Shown piece after piece: positions 14,801 to 26,800 of a DNA stretch of 64,000 nt. The translations under genes were made by a program, and so were the position numbers. Source of the stretch: Phoronis australis (lineage: Eukaryota; Animalia; Phoronida). Position 1 is the first letter of the stretch. Every line of letters begins with the position of its first letter. The notes under the pieces are model-generated. The model did no database searches. It saw only the letters and a list, made by a program, of their open reading frames with translations, and was not told the origin of the DNA. The stretch covers positions 1,198,160 through 1,262,159 of the forward strand of contig NMRA01000037.1 in NCBI GenBank assembly GCA_002633005.1. The letters run 5' to 3'.

Positions 14801-17800
14801 ACACGCTACACAGGTGACCTCTGTGGGCAACTCTCATTGGTGACTTTTTCGTAGAGCAAATGCCTACCCAAAGTGTGTTTTTCACTATTGAGTTCGACAT
14901 TAACTGCGACAATATTGTATATTTAAGATAATCTCCAAGACAGATTCGAGCTCGTTTACTCACATTGGGACGCTTTGGTAGTAAAGTTAAAAACTAACGT
15001 GGCAAGAAATCATTTATTTTAAGCGTATTCAACTCACAAGGTTACTGGTCTCGATTTCATTTAATTCTATCAAATAGCTGGAAGCCATCGTCTGGAATCT
15101 AAAGAAATCACATAAACACAACTAATTTCACTGTTTTATAAATCTCGTCAATGCTAATAACATCTAGAAATCTACTTACCCAACGAAAAGAAAATTAATG
15201 CGTTTCCCAAACTGAACGGCACCTAATTCCCTACGAAAGAGTTCACTTTTTGGTTTGGTGCTCGACTTTTTGCAACAGATCTCTGTAGAAAGGTTTCATA
15301 TTTTATCGAGCTTAGGTGCATTCAAAATATAGTCCAATTATTTCATTGTTTTAAAGCACTTTGCAGAAGAGTGAATTTCCTGGGTCCCTTTTAAAGGAAC
15401 TTTCTCTTTGAAAGGGTGAGGTTTCACTTTGCCGGCCTTCTTAAGGAATGGATATATTAATTTTCCTTTGGTACACCCCGTCCAAATTCTGAAAGTGCTG
15501 TCCTTGCTACTCTACCGTTAAAATGGATACGCTGTTATATCGTTCAATCCTGTCGTATTACTAGCTGCTATATTTACATGTTCCCGATGAAAATTCCATA
15601 TTCAAGAAAGTATTCTAATGCACCGGCATGAAACAGGCATAATTGTAAGAAGTCCAGTCTCAGGGTGTATCTATAGGCTAAGGCATCTTTGCAAAGGATC
15701 ACCAAGGCGTTTAATTAGGGCTATGTATGCTGACGTTTCTTGACACAACAGCTTCATAAATTTCTACAACCTTGCCATCGTCGCCACCTCTCAAAACTTC
15801 AACATGTTTGAATTGGTAACCTTTTCAACGCCAGCTGTCGCATTGGCGAAAGAATCAGCTAACGGCGTGATGTCATCGCTGCCCTTCCCTATTTAAAATG
15901 GCTACTAGGATACCAAATTCAGTTTTCTCAACTGAAAAAATGGTTCCTGAAACTCATTTTGTAAAATTTGTGGAATATTTATTCGTGTTATTTAATTCCT
16001 GGTACCGGTCACAAATTGTAAACTGAAACTTAAAAAGAGGCATGGAACGCGAAAGCTCGTCAAAATATCTTTTAAGCAATTTCTGACGAAAGTTTCATCT
16101 CGTAACGTCTTGTACAGAGTAATTCACTTTCCCTTGTGATTAAATTTCCAGAAAGAAAATCACAAAATTCACGGTTTTTGAAATACGCGCGAAAGAAAAA
16201 CGTTGTGGTTACCACTGAGTTTCTAATCTCCCTCCCATTTATGATAAAAGTGCACAGAAACTAAAAACTTCACGAACAAACCCTAAAAATACTTGGTGCA
16301 CATGTTGAATTTTGTTTCAGTGGCAGAGAACCACTTTCAATATGCAATTTAGTCTGTTTATCGCGTTCTAGCCCTCTTTAAAACTTATTTATTAAATTAT
16401 GTTTTACTTTGAGAAAAACAGATGTCTTGTTCAAATCGGTTTGTTTAGAAAGAAACGCCCTCTATTTGGTTTATACTACGACGAGAAACGTAATTTTCAG
16501 AGATCAGTCTCAGCGCGGAAACTAACCTGGAATTCTCGCGGTCGCAGCCAAACATTCTTTCCTCCTACTCGACAAATGGCGGAGTACTTTAAGCGGAGTA
16601 AACAGCCTCCCGTTCAGTAACGCTAGGACCTCGCTAAAGAGTAAGACTTCGCGAGATTACGTGAGAAATTGCCGTGCATTTTAAATGAGAATACGTGACT
16701 TTGACTAGGTTTTAGCTAGGTCCTAGCGTAGGTCCTAGCGTCTACTGAACGCACGCCAGGTAACGATACCGGTCTTATTTCAGCGAACGTCTGGCAGACA
16801 ACAGTGAGACTTATAGATTTGAAACCAAAATCACAAAAACAATACGGATCTGGAGACAATCCCAGAATACGTGTTTCAGCCAAAGAACCGATAATATCTT
16901 TTCAAGAAGTTTTTTAAAACAACAATGAGATGGAAACGGTCCCTTTAATAAGCAAAGTACTGAAAGTAGTCTATCATAACGATAACCACGGACTTTCAAT
17001 GCGACGTATGGACATACCACTCTCTTATTTATTGATACATAAATGAATTGCTTTTAACCCCAGTTCGTCTCAGCTCTAGATTCTAATAACCATGGTGACA
17101 CCATTTAGAATGTGGCTATCGTTTCTCGTGGCTATTGGCACTTCCTGGTTAGTCAGAAGATGCGCTTTTATGCCATGAATTAGCGGAACTGGAAGAACAG
17201 CTTGTTTATGTTGGTCGGTGTATCGAGTTCTCACCTGTTCAAGAGCACGAGCCAAGATAAACATACTAGAAATTGTGTTATCGTTAAGTGTCCACTTTCC
17301 TGAGCAGGCGGAACAGCATTCTGCTAAAGCGGAGATCCATTCTAAAACCATGAAACACTTAGAATGGAAATAAAGGCTTCAGAGACTTGGGAGAACATTA
17401 GACTCTGATTGCATGTGTCGTAAGATATTTCACTAACTAGTATGTACAGCACAGATGTTTCACTTAAAAGCGTTAAAATTGAAACGTCGTCGTCAGTGAC
17501 GGATCTAGGATACCATAAGGGAGGGGGGGGGGGGNNNNNNNNNNNNNNNNNNNNNNNNNNNNNNNNNNNNNNNNNNNNNNNNNNNNNNNNNNNNNNNNNN
17601 NNNNNNNNNNNNNNNNNNNNNNNNNNNNNNNNNNNNNNNNNNNNNNNNNNNNNNNNNNNNNNNNNNNNNNNNNNNNNNNNNNNNNNNNNNNNNNNNNNNN
17701 NNNNNNNNNNNNNNNNNNNNNNNNNNNNNNNNNNNNNNNNNNNNNNNNNNNNNNNNNNNNNNNNNNNNNNNNTTCAGCCTGGGGGCGGGCCCGCTGCCCC

Positions 17801-20800
17801 CCCCCCCCTCAATCCGCCTATGGTCGTACACCAAGATGCCATGACAAATTTCGAAACCACGGCGCAATCAAAATCTAAACGAAGGTTCAAGAGGTCTGGA
17901 CGTTTTGATTGGCTCGATTTGTTACAACTGTAACAAAACTGGCGGTTGTAATCAATCGAGGTACGCGTTGCGACCAAATTTGTTGCAGTTTTGTAACAAT
18001 TCGAGGCTCATTATAGTAAACCACGATTTGTTACAAAGCCACAAATAGCATGGCTTCAACGATATACTACCCAAAGCCACCTCAGAGATCAGGGGTACTG
18101 GCATTGCCAGCTCGGGTGGCAGGCTTACCGCCAAGGCATCTGAAGGGGTACTCCCAAAGCCAGGGTGGGGGGGTGGTGTCGTCGTGTTACTTCTGAATCT
18201 AACCCGGAGGAGTTCTGTGGTACTTTTACAACCAGAGCAGGATGTGCTCCTAGGGATAGCTTAGGTCGACCACTCTGGGGGTTCTCCCGGATCCAGCATG
18301 AAGGGGCTACTCCCACAACCAGCGTGGAAAGTCAATCGACGGGATCGGCCGAGCATCGTCTGATGTGGGAACAAAACTTCAGGCTGAAACACGGTTTCAA
18401 TTCAATTTGATTTTACTTACTCTGATTACCAAGCATGATACAGGATCAAGTCCTCAACTTCAATCGGCTTTTTCTTGGTGCCAAGATGACCGAGAACCGT
18501 GCTTAGAAGGATCAGTAGCCATGGAAACTAAACGATGTTGGTTTTTGCTCTTTACACAGTTTGACGATAGCGCTACAAGTATTATCATTTCAAAAGGTCA
18601 CGTGTGTGTTTGTACCCCGGGGCCTAACATTTGTGGCCCGACTTGAAGTTCGCGATTAATTTGGGCGAAATTAACTAATCGTTGTAAGAAACAGTCATTG
18701 AAATCTTCCTGGTCAAATAGTTCATTACAAAATTTAATAGGGATCAGACTTAATCCTACAGAAAATGTGTGAAGAAATGGGGGGGGGGGTGAAACTATGC
18801 CCCCATGTGGCTTAGACGTTCGTAGCCTAGCATCCGGAACACGACCTCGGGTATTTTCGTAGCATTAGACTTTCCCTCGGTGGTGTTTCATGTCTGTGGA
18901 TGTCTGAACTTCAGTCGTACGGCATGTCATATGACTTGGAAACTAGATAATTCAGTCTTAGGCTATGACTGAAAAGCTCACATCCACGGATAAGAAAACT
19001 CAGTTTGAATATAGCTATAAAGCAGTTGTTCGTCAACAACAATACTTGAAATGATAGCACGTGCTCCGCACTGTGCTCATACTTGATTTAGTATAAACCG
19101 GAGATGACAAATCCTCTTATTAATAAAGCTTAATTTCTGCTCTGAGAAAAAATTAAGCTTTGCTAATAAGAGGATTGACAATCTCCTGTCTGTACTGAAT
19201 AACTTAATTTTTGCTTTTCGAGCAAAAATTAATTCTTGACGATCCCCCAACTGATCTGGTTCGAGAAAATGAATTAAACGAAATATACTCCAGGAACTGA
19301 ATAAGTTTATACCCGAAAGCACTGTTTAAATAACCGGAAATTTCCCAAAAGTACAACTGTAGGAATCCCTTCGGATAATAAACCAGGACGGTTGAAAGTG
19401 AGGGCCCACTGGAGGTCCTCTCCTGTCGAAGAATGTTTTAGAATGTAAAGTCTTGTACTTTCATAAAACCCTAGCTAGCCGTGTGAGCGAAACCCCCAGC
19501 TAGGTCTGGAAGTACCCCCGATCTGTCCTTGGAGCCCGCGAGCAACCTAAGGAAATACCATCGAAAACCATACCTTGTTTACTTTGTAACTGACCGGGGG
19601 TCACTACACTTGGCCCCGGTTTTTTACGACAGTTAGATTTTTAACAAAATTGTAACAAATATGTGCCCCGAATTATTACAGCTGCTGTTTTGTAACATTT
19701 GTAATAAAACGGACCATTGTAACAAATCGGCGTCCTTCAGCGCTAATTGGTGCACGTTTGCTCGTTGTGCGCATAAGTGTTGTAACTGTGGCTTCGTTAG
19801 GTATTACGAGCTGTAGATGAAGGCGCATATGCTCCCGTGATATCTTGTCGAACCAGCACGATGCCCACCTAAACATCAGTAAGTGAATCACCTACATCCA
19901 CGAATGTCTACCATGTGATCTTTGCCACCATTAACTCTGAAGACAAACTCTTCCTGAAAACACGCGTAATCAGTGTTACATAAACATTAAGTGCAAAACA
20001 CTGTGGCACCGCAGATAGCCAGCAGATTAACCTTTCTGTGCTATTAGGTTGGGCCTGTCTGTTTTACTCATCAGCTCATCCTCAGAAACCTTTTCACTGC
20101 TCATCTCTACTCGCAAACACAACACCGTACAAACGTAACATCGATTGAAGAAAGTAGAACCGGTTGACTATATATTCTTGCGCTGTTTACACTAAAGACG
20201 GTTGAATCAATGAAATACTTCACACTGATTAGCTCTGCCGTCTCATAACGTACTCGACATGGAAAGAGAAAACAGCAGCGATTCCAAAGATCCGTTACTA
20301 CACATTCTTTTTAACTCTGAACAACCACCTACGTTGCATCAAAGAGTCACAAACAGGTATCATGCGTTACTTGGGAGCCGTCTGTAATTGAAGAAATGGC
20401 TTTGAAGATTCATCTAATTAGCCAAATTTAAAAACAATCATGTTTTCCTCAAAGGAACCTGTCAGATATCCGAAACCCGTCCGTGTGTTTTCGAATTGCT
20501 CTTTTCAATATTTCAGATGACCAGCATTAACGGTCCTGCTTGCCTGCATAACTCGCTGAACAGATACCGTGGAATACTTTGAAATCGACACAAACATTTG
20601 GTTTACGTTAATGTTGTATTTATCCGGTGACAACGTTTTTTTTTCTTTTATTTCAGGAAACGGAAAAAGTTGGTAAAGGTTCTTCAGAGCAATCCGGCGC
20701 AGATAGCTGTCTCCATCCTGGTTCTTATTGATGTACTATTGATGGTGGCTCTGCTCTTGATTGACGTCCATGTACTCAAAGGTAAGAGAAAGGCTAGGTC

Positions 20801-23800
20801 TTGACCAGATATGTAGCGCAAATTAAGCAAAACGCGTTGATGTCTATTGTAGTGCAAAAAGTTATGTGCCTGATATAATGGAACGTCGATTGGATCCTCT
20901 CTCCATCATTTTACTTCCTGAAAATTCTACATTTTACCAATTATTTCATAGAAACTGTGTGTACGATGACATAGAAAAAGTCGGAATCAAAAGTTCAAAC
21001 AAGTAAAAAAAAATTACAGCAATTTGATAGTGACGGTAGAGTAAATCTGCAGTAACAGTAGTGTTTTTAACACACTGTATAAATATAAGCATAATCCAAG
21101 CAAAGGAAGAACCAGTAGCAGATTTAGAGAGGAACTCCCAGATTCCATTTGGCAGTTCGGAGGTGCGAATGTCTGACGGACAAAATCCTGATTAATACTC
21201 TGCCCTGCCCCCACCACTAACTAAAAATCCTGAATCCGCCCCTGAGTACTATGTCTGAAATCAAAAGAGAGTGATAACACTGAGTTGTTTGATGAATGCA
21301 CTTTCGTCTGAATTGTCTCCTTGGTGAGTATCATAATTATTATACAAGTTTTATATTAGCTGAACTGTACGTCATAGGAGGTCATAGGAGGAACAAACAC
21401 TGGGAAAAATAAGCTCCCCTGGAAAGAACTACTGAATATCCAGTCCATACCATATTCAAGTGCGTCCCATTTTTAAGGCCATGAATGGTAAAAGGCAATT
21501 AGTATATTTCAGTATTTCGGTGATTTGAAGACGATGCGAAACATTCCAGACTATCATGTTGTCTTGACTATTTTTTAATTCACGTCAGCACTTTCTTGTA
21601 GCAAGTAATTACACACGCACAGGATAAAAACCTGATGCGAAGACCCGCTTTCATCAGTGGACAGAGTTTGATCGATACATCCGGGTACAGGAGTGCCAAC
21701 AGTTTCCTCTTCTTAAAACTAAGTAAACCCATATTTAGTTTTGCCAAAAGGCACACTTCCACACAGGAGTCTACCAAGTGATAGCCGCAAACCACATCAT
21801 TGCGAGAACAGTCTGTAGCAGACATGTTTCAGAATTGAGTAATGAATTTAATTATATGTCAGATAGAATGAAATTTTGCGACGAAACGAAACGAATGCCT
21901 GGTCCCAAATTGTGCCTCTGAAAGCTTTGTGTTACTTAAAGCCATACTCAAAACCGTTATTATTAAGCAGCGTTGCATCAAGTTCGTGTGTACTTAATCA
22001 TCTTCATGGAACGAATTTGTAACGGATGAGATATTTGTTTACGACTGACAGTGCATATATACACAGTATCGCTTACCAATCTTCAAGAAAAAGCCAACTT
22101 ATTCATTTGGAGTGTTTACAGTAGAAAGCAGTGCTCTGTCTCAGTCTTAATTAACAAAAGTTCAGCAACGTGTATGAAAATATCAGTGCTGAGAGGCCTT
22201 TCGGCTTCGAGATTTATTTGCAGTCCATGACACAGAGATGTACAATCATCCGCCGGGTGATAGATTGCCTGGCTAACTCTAGTTCGTGAGAATTCGCGAT
22301 TTGTTGATTTCCTTGGAGATAGTAAAGTTAATAACACATAATGCAGGTTACTTCTTCTATGACTTTTTATTGCCAAGGCATCGAATATACGTTAGATATT
22401 TGTACACCGATGTGTAGGGTTGTATTTGATAGTCCGTACGTATGCTTATTGTCTTACGTAGTTACTTGAAAGAAGGGAATTGTTTGATTAAAAATTACAC
22501 TGTGGTCGCAACATCGTAGTAGTTGCCGGTACCTTAAAAAGAGTGAAGTGGTTCATTTTTATTGAATTCCAGCGTGTACGGTAACGCTCATTGCCAGCTC
22601 AGAATGATTTTCTGGGACTGATTGTATGCTCTTAGGTTATTCCAATGTCAATGGGAAAATACAGCAAACTAGACCAATACACTCTGTCATGATTACATCT
22701 TTTTGCTTGTCCACAAGAACTGGATATGCATTATGTAGCTTAGGCGGATTTAAGCTTGCACGCCATGCCGCTTGTAGTGTAGGGGTTACGCGAACATAAT
22801 TGCGGTTTCCCGTTAGCCTCTGTCCATATCCTCTCCATTAGGGCTAATACCTGAGAAGCCTAATCCACGACGAGCACCAAACACCGGAGCACGTCCAACT
22901 GGCATAGTGTGCAGTACTCTTCTTTAGCCTGTTTTTGTTTAAAAAAATATTTCAGGAGTGTTCGCCTTTTCATTTTGCCGCTAATCTTGTTGCCATGGGT
23001 TCGCTTAAATCTTCCTTGTCTAAGGGTTACACGTAAAGACGTATGAACCTGAGGCGATTTTATTCCTAGAAACTTGATGAAAACACCTACATTCTACACA
23101 CACAAACGCGATTCGTTAGACGTGAACACCTTTTAGCCATTATATTTTGTTATTTTATGTGAATCACCTGGGTAGGAGTGTATGTTATCCAAACGGAATT
23201 TTACAAGTAGCTGGAATATTGTCTGATCAGAAGTTTGCAGTAGACCTAAATGCATCGAGAAAGTAAACTGGAGATGCTTTGAGCAAAGAGATTGAAACAA
23301 TATATAGCTCGTAACGTTGCGTTAGGCAACGTTTTAAGACAGCCTGTGGCTTTCTTGTTAATACTGATGGAGATTTAACCGCATGGAAGCCTCTCAAGAG
23401 AGTAGAGCCGTTCTAACATGTCACGGCTAATTGATCGTTTTAAAGTAACGGTTTAACGTATTATAGTACAATGCGTCATTAAAATCTGTCTTGTCCCTGT
23501 AGTTGCGATGTCGATGGAAATGCCAGACATGAGAGAAAATAGCTTGGCGAGGCTTATGTTCAAGTCAGCAATCGGAATCTTAGAAATTACTTCAATTTGA
23601 CAAAAATCTCATTTTCGTCACGATTTAATCCCGTGATTAGGACCTTTCATTTCAGTAACCTACATGTAACAGCAATGCACGTGAGCACGTGTTACTTCCC
23701 CGGCCTACTGGGGTGTGTTTTTAAATGCAAGAACTTGCCAGACACTAGCAGCGAGTACTTTGGCCCACGGGCAGAAAAATCGTTTTTACATAAAACTTAC

Positions 23801-26800
23801 TCCTATAGGTCGACGTTAAAGCCTCGACGACCATTCATATCAGTGGCCGTCACGTACGCGAGTAAGGTAATAAGCGTGCTCGCGAAGCACTTGCATTTCA
23901 TTCGCTTGGTTTTGCTTGTGTGTGATCTCGCTTTTCTCCCAAAAAACGTAATGTAAGGAAAGCAACACTGGTCAAATAATAAGCACTTTCTTTATTTCAC
24001 AGACAAGATGAACGCCAAGGTTGTACAGATAAACAGTGTGACGGAGTTTCTCCGAGAAAGATACAGTGATCGACTTGCTAATTACACTGGAGAGGACGTG
24101 GAAGCAATGTTAACGATAATAAAGAATGACGGCAAACAGCCTACACAAGTTAATAACAATAATCATAAACGATCCATTGACGTCTTTTATGCAACCATTG
24201 ATGACACTGATTTCAAAGAATCGATCTCGAATGATAACAATCGCCGCTTTAGTGATCATGTGAGAAAACTTAGGTCCAGTGATCGACATATACATTCCGA
24301 TGACAGACTAGCAGATGAAAGGTTGGACGGGGTTGCAGACGATAAATCTGTTGCACACTCACGCGTGCAGCGCGCGGCTGGAGCACACAGTTTATCCAAT
24401 GGGAGTAACAACACACATCACGTGGGTGGAGATCATACAATGGAACATCTATCGCATATCTTCCACATAAGCAGTATCGTGATTCTTGGAATCATGCTTT
24501 GTGAAGTGAGTACAGGAGTGACGGTGTTTACAATAAGAGTGATTGTACACATGCATCTAGATAGCGCCTCCTACAAACTAAAATGACTCCTAGCTTTGAA
24601 ATTTTCAAAATCGTAGTTGGTGTAAGAGAAATGTGTGGGGAATGAGCAATGGTAACTTGATTACGAATGCTGTCTGTCATGCGCCTTGAAGAAAATAACT
24701 TAGCAGTGATTAGCCTTCGTTCCCAACGGATACTATTAAATGTCGAGTCACGTGGTAACTTTCACACTAATTTGCTTGTTGTACATCTCTATTTTCTTTG
24801 ATTACCCCACAATATGACTCAAGTTAATGTTTGTCTATATTTGGCAGGTTCTGTTCAAAATGGCTGTCATGGGTAAAAAATTCTTCGACTGGAAGGACGG
24901 GAAACTAGAGGTATAGTTTATATTTGTTTTTCACTAGTTTTCCTTTAACAAAATATGGTTATTGTTGTAAATAATTGACTTGTCGTTTCTCAAACTTGAC
25001 TACCGTCATTAGTATTCGCTAATGGTTTTGCCATACACTAGGCAGGAATAGTACTTACAAATCTCATCTTATTTTTCACTGTCACCATATCCAGTCACTG
25101 TTATGACTATAGTTGTCAACCTCCGATCATCACTGTCATCGCGATTGCGTCATTCCTGCACTTTTCACAGGTAGATCTAGGATATGCATACCTTGCGGGG
25201 TTGCGGGCAAGCACAACTTGGAGGAAGATACCTGTGTTAACTCTAAAAAGACATGCCGACGGTTTTTACGGTTCTCGTAGTGTGCAGGCCCCTTTAAATC
25301 CGTCTGCGTACTGTAGTATTTGTTTCTTTTTGTGCAGTAGTTATATTTGGTATCATGGTTTTTGTATCTGTTGCAGATTATGGACGCGGTGGTTGTGCTT
25401 GTCAGCTTCACTCTAGACCTGATTTTTTACAAGGGAATATTTGCTACTGGTATTAGCGAGGCGACAACGCTACTACTAATCTTTCTAATTTGGCGAATGA
25501 TCCAAGTGTTTAACGGTAAGTTGAGAACGTTATTAGTCACTCATTTTTAATGTGACTGTACCACTATGACGGTATTTTTCATCCATCAAACGCAGACGTA
25601 CCATATATTATTTGGCTGTTTTATGAGGTCGCGTAATTCACCTTTTATGTGCTCTACATTTCAAGACCTATATTACTGATTGTTTTATGTAGGAATGATA
25701 CACAGTCCACGCTTCTCAGTTTTCACTTATTTACGGACGTGACTTCCGTCCACAAGTATCCACCAACCCAAAACGCAACTTATTGAAATCGATGACGTCA
25801 CGGTCGCACTGGTACTGTGGACGGACGAGAACGCTTGTTTCCGAAGATGCTGATGTTACAATGGCGCTAGCGTATACGTGAGGACAGAAAATTTTGAAAA
25901 CTCAAAGAAAAGAGTTTGGTCATATTACCGAATTTTTACGAAAAATTTTCTGTAAACGACAACGATACGTGGGGGGCTGCCGGCACCCATACTTGTCAGG
26001 TAGATGTCGCGACGGCCAATCGATGGGTGATTTTAGAAGATTTGGCAAGCCACGGCGATTAAAAGTTTTTGAAAAAGGTTCGAGGCTTTCCTTTAAATTG
26101 ATGCAAGCGGACTTTTTTCTAGAAGAAGCGGACAGTAGTTTTCAAGTGAATCGATTTGCGGACCATGCTTTTTTACCTAATCCAGCTACTCTACAAAATA
26201 CACATTTGGCTGTATTCATTGTAGGCGTCATCAGTACAACGAAAAGACGCTTGGAGTTCCGCATACGTCTGCAGAAGAAAGCCAGAAGACAAGCGGAAGA
26301 GAAATTGACTGAAAAGGAAGAACAAAACAGACTGCTTCAGGTGAGCAGGTGTTGTAAGCAAAGAAAAAAGACCTCATTTGCGTGGGTGTCTTAGAGACCA
26401 AGTTTGGAAAGCGGATCGGTTGTCAATAAGGAAGAGCATGTCGAAATATTTTCCTACCAAAACGCAAGAACAAATTGCGTAGAATGTTACATTTCTCCGG
26501 AACTGAACCTAGAGTATGTTAAACGCATTCTTACAGAATTTCCGTTTGCAACTACTTTCTGTCCAACTCATTGTGTATTGCGTAACAGTACGGAGAATTG
26601 GTCGTTAACCGTGATAAATGCTGACAGGTAATGCAATTAGGAGAAATTCTTGAAAGTTAGCGAAACATTTGCAGCTGCATTATCACACAAATGAATAACC
26701 TACTGGCGTATACGTAACAACATGATTCAGATGTCTTTCACGGTGTCTTTTGTACACAGTTTGTATTTGGTCATGGCAGTTTGCAGGATAAAGCTGCGTG

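Noticed and set aside
17076-17351. Possible DIRS tyrosine-recombinase relic (TISS..., IKAH)
   Set aside because: Resemblance too weak; catalytic motif not recognisable without a search
17442-17977. ORFs spanning the N run (likewise 40458-40760)
   Set aside because: Artefacts of assembly gaps and G/C homopolymers
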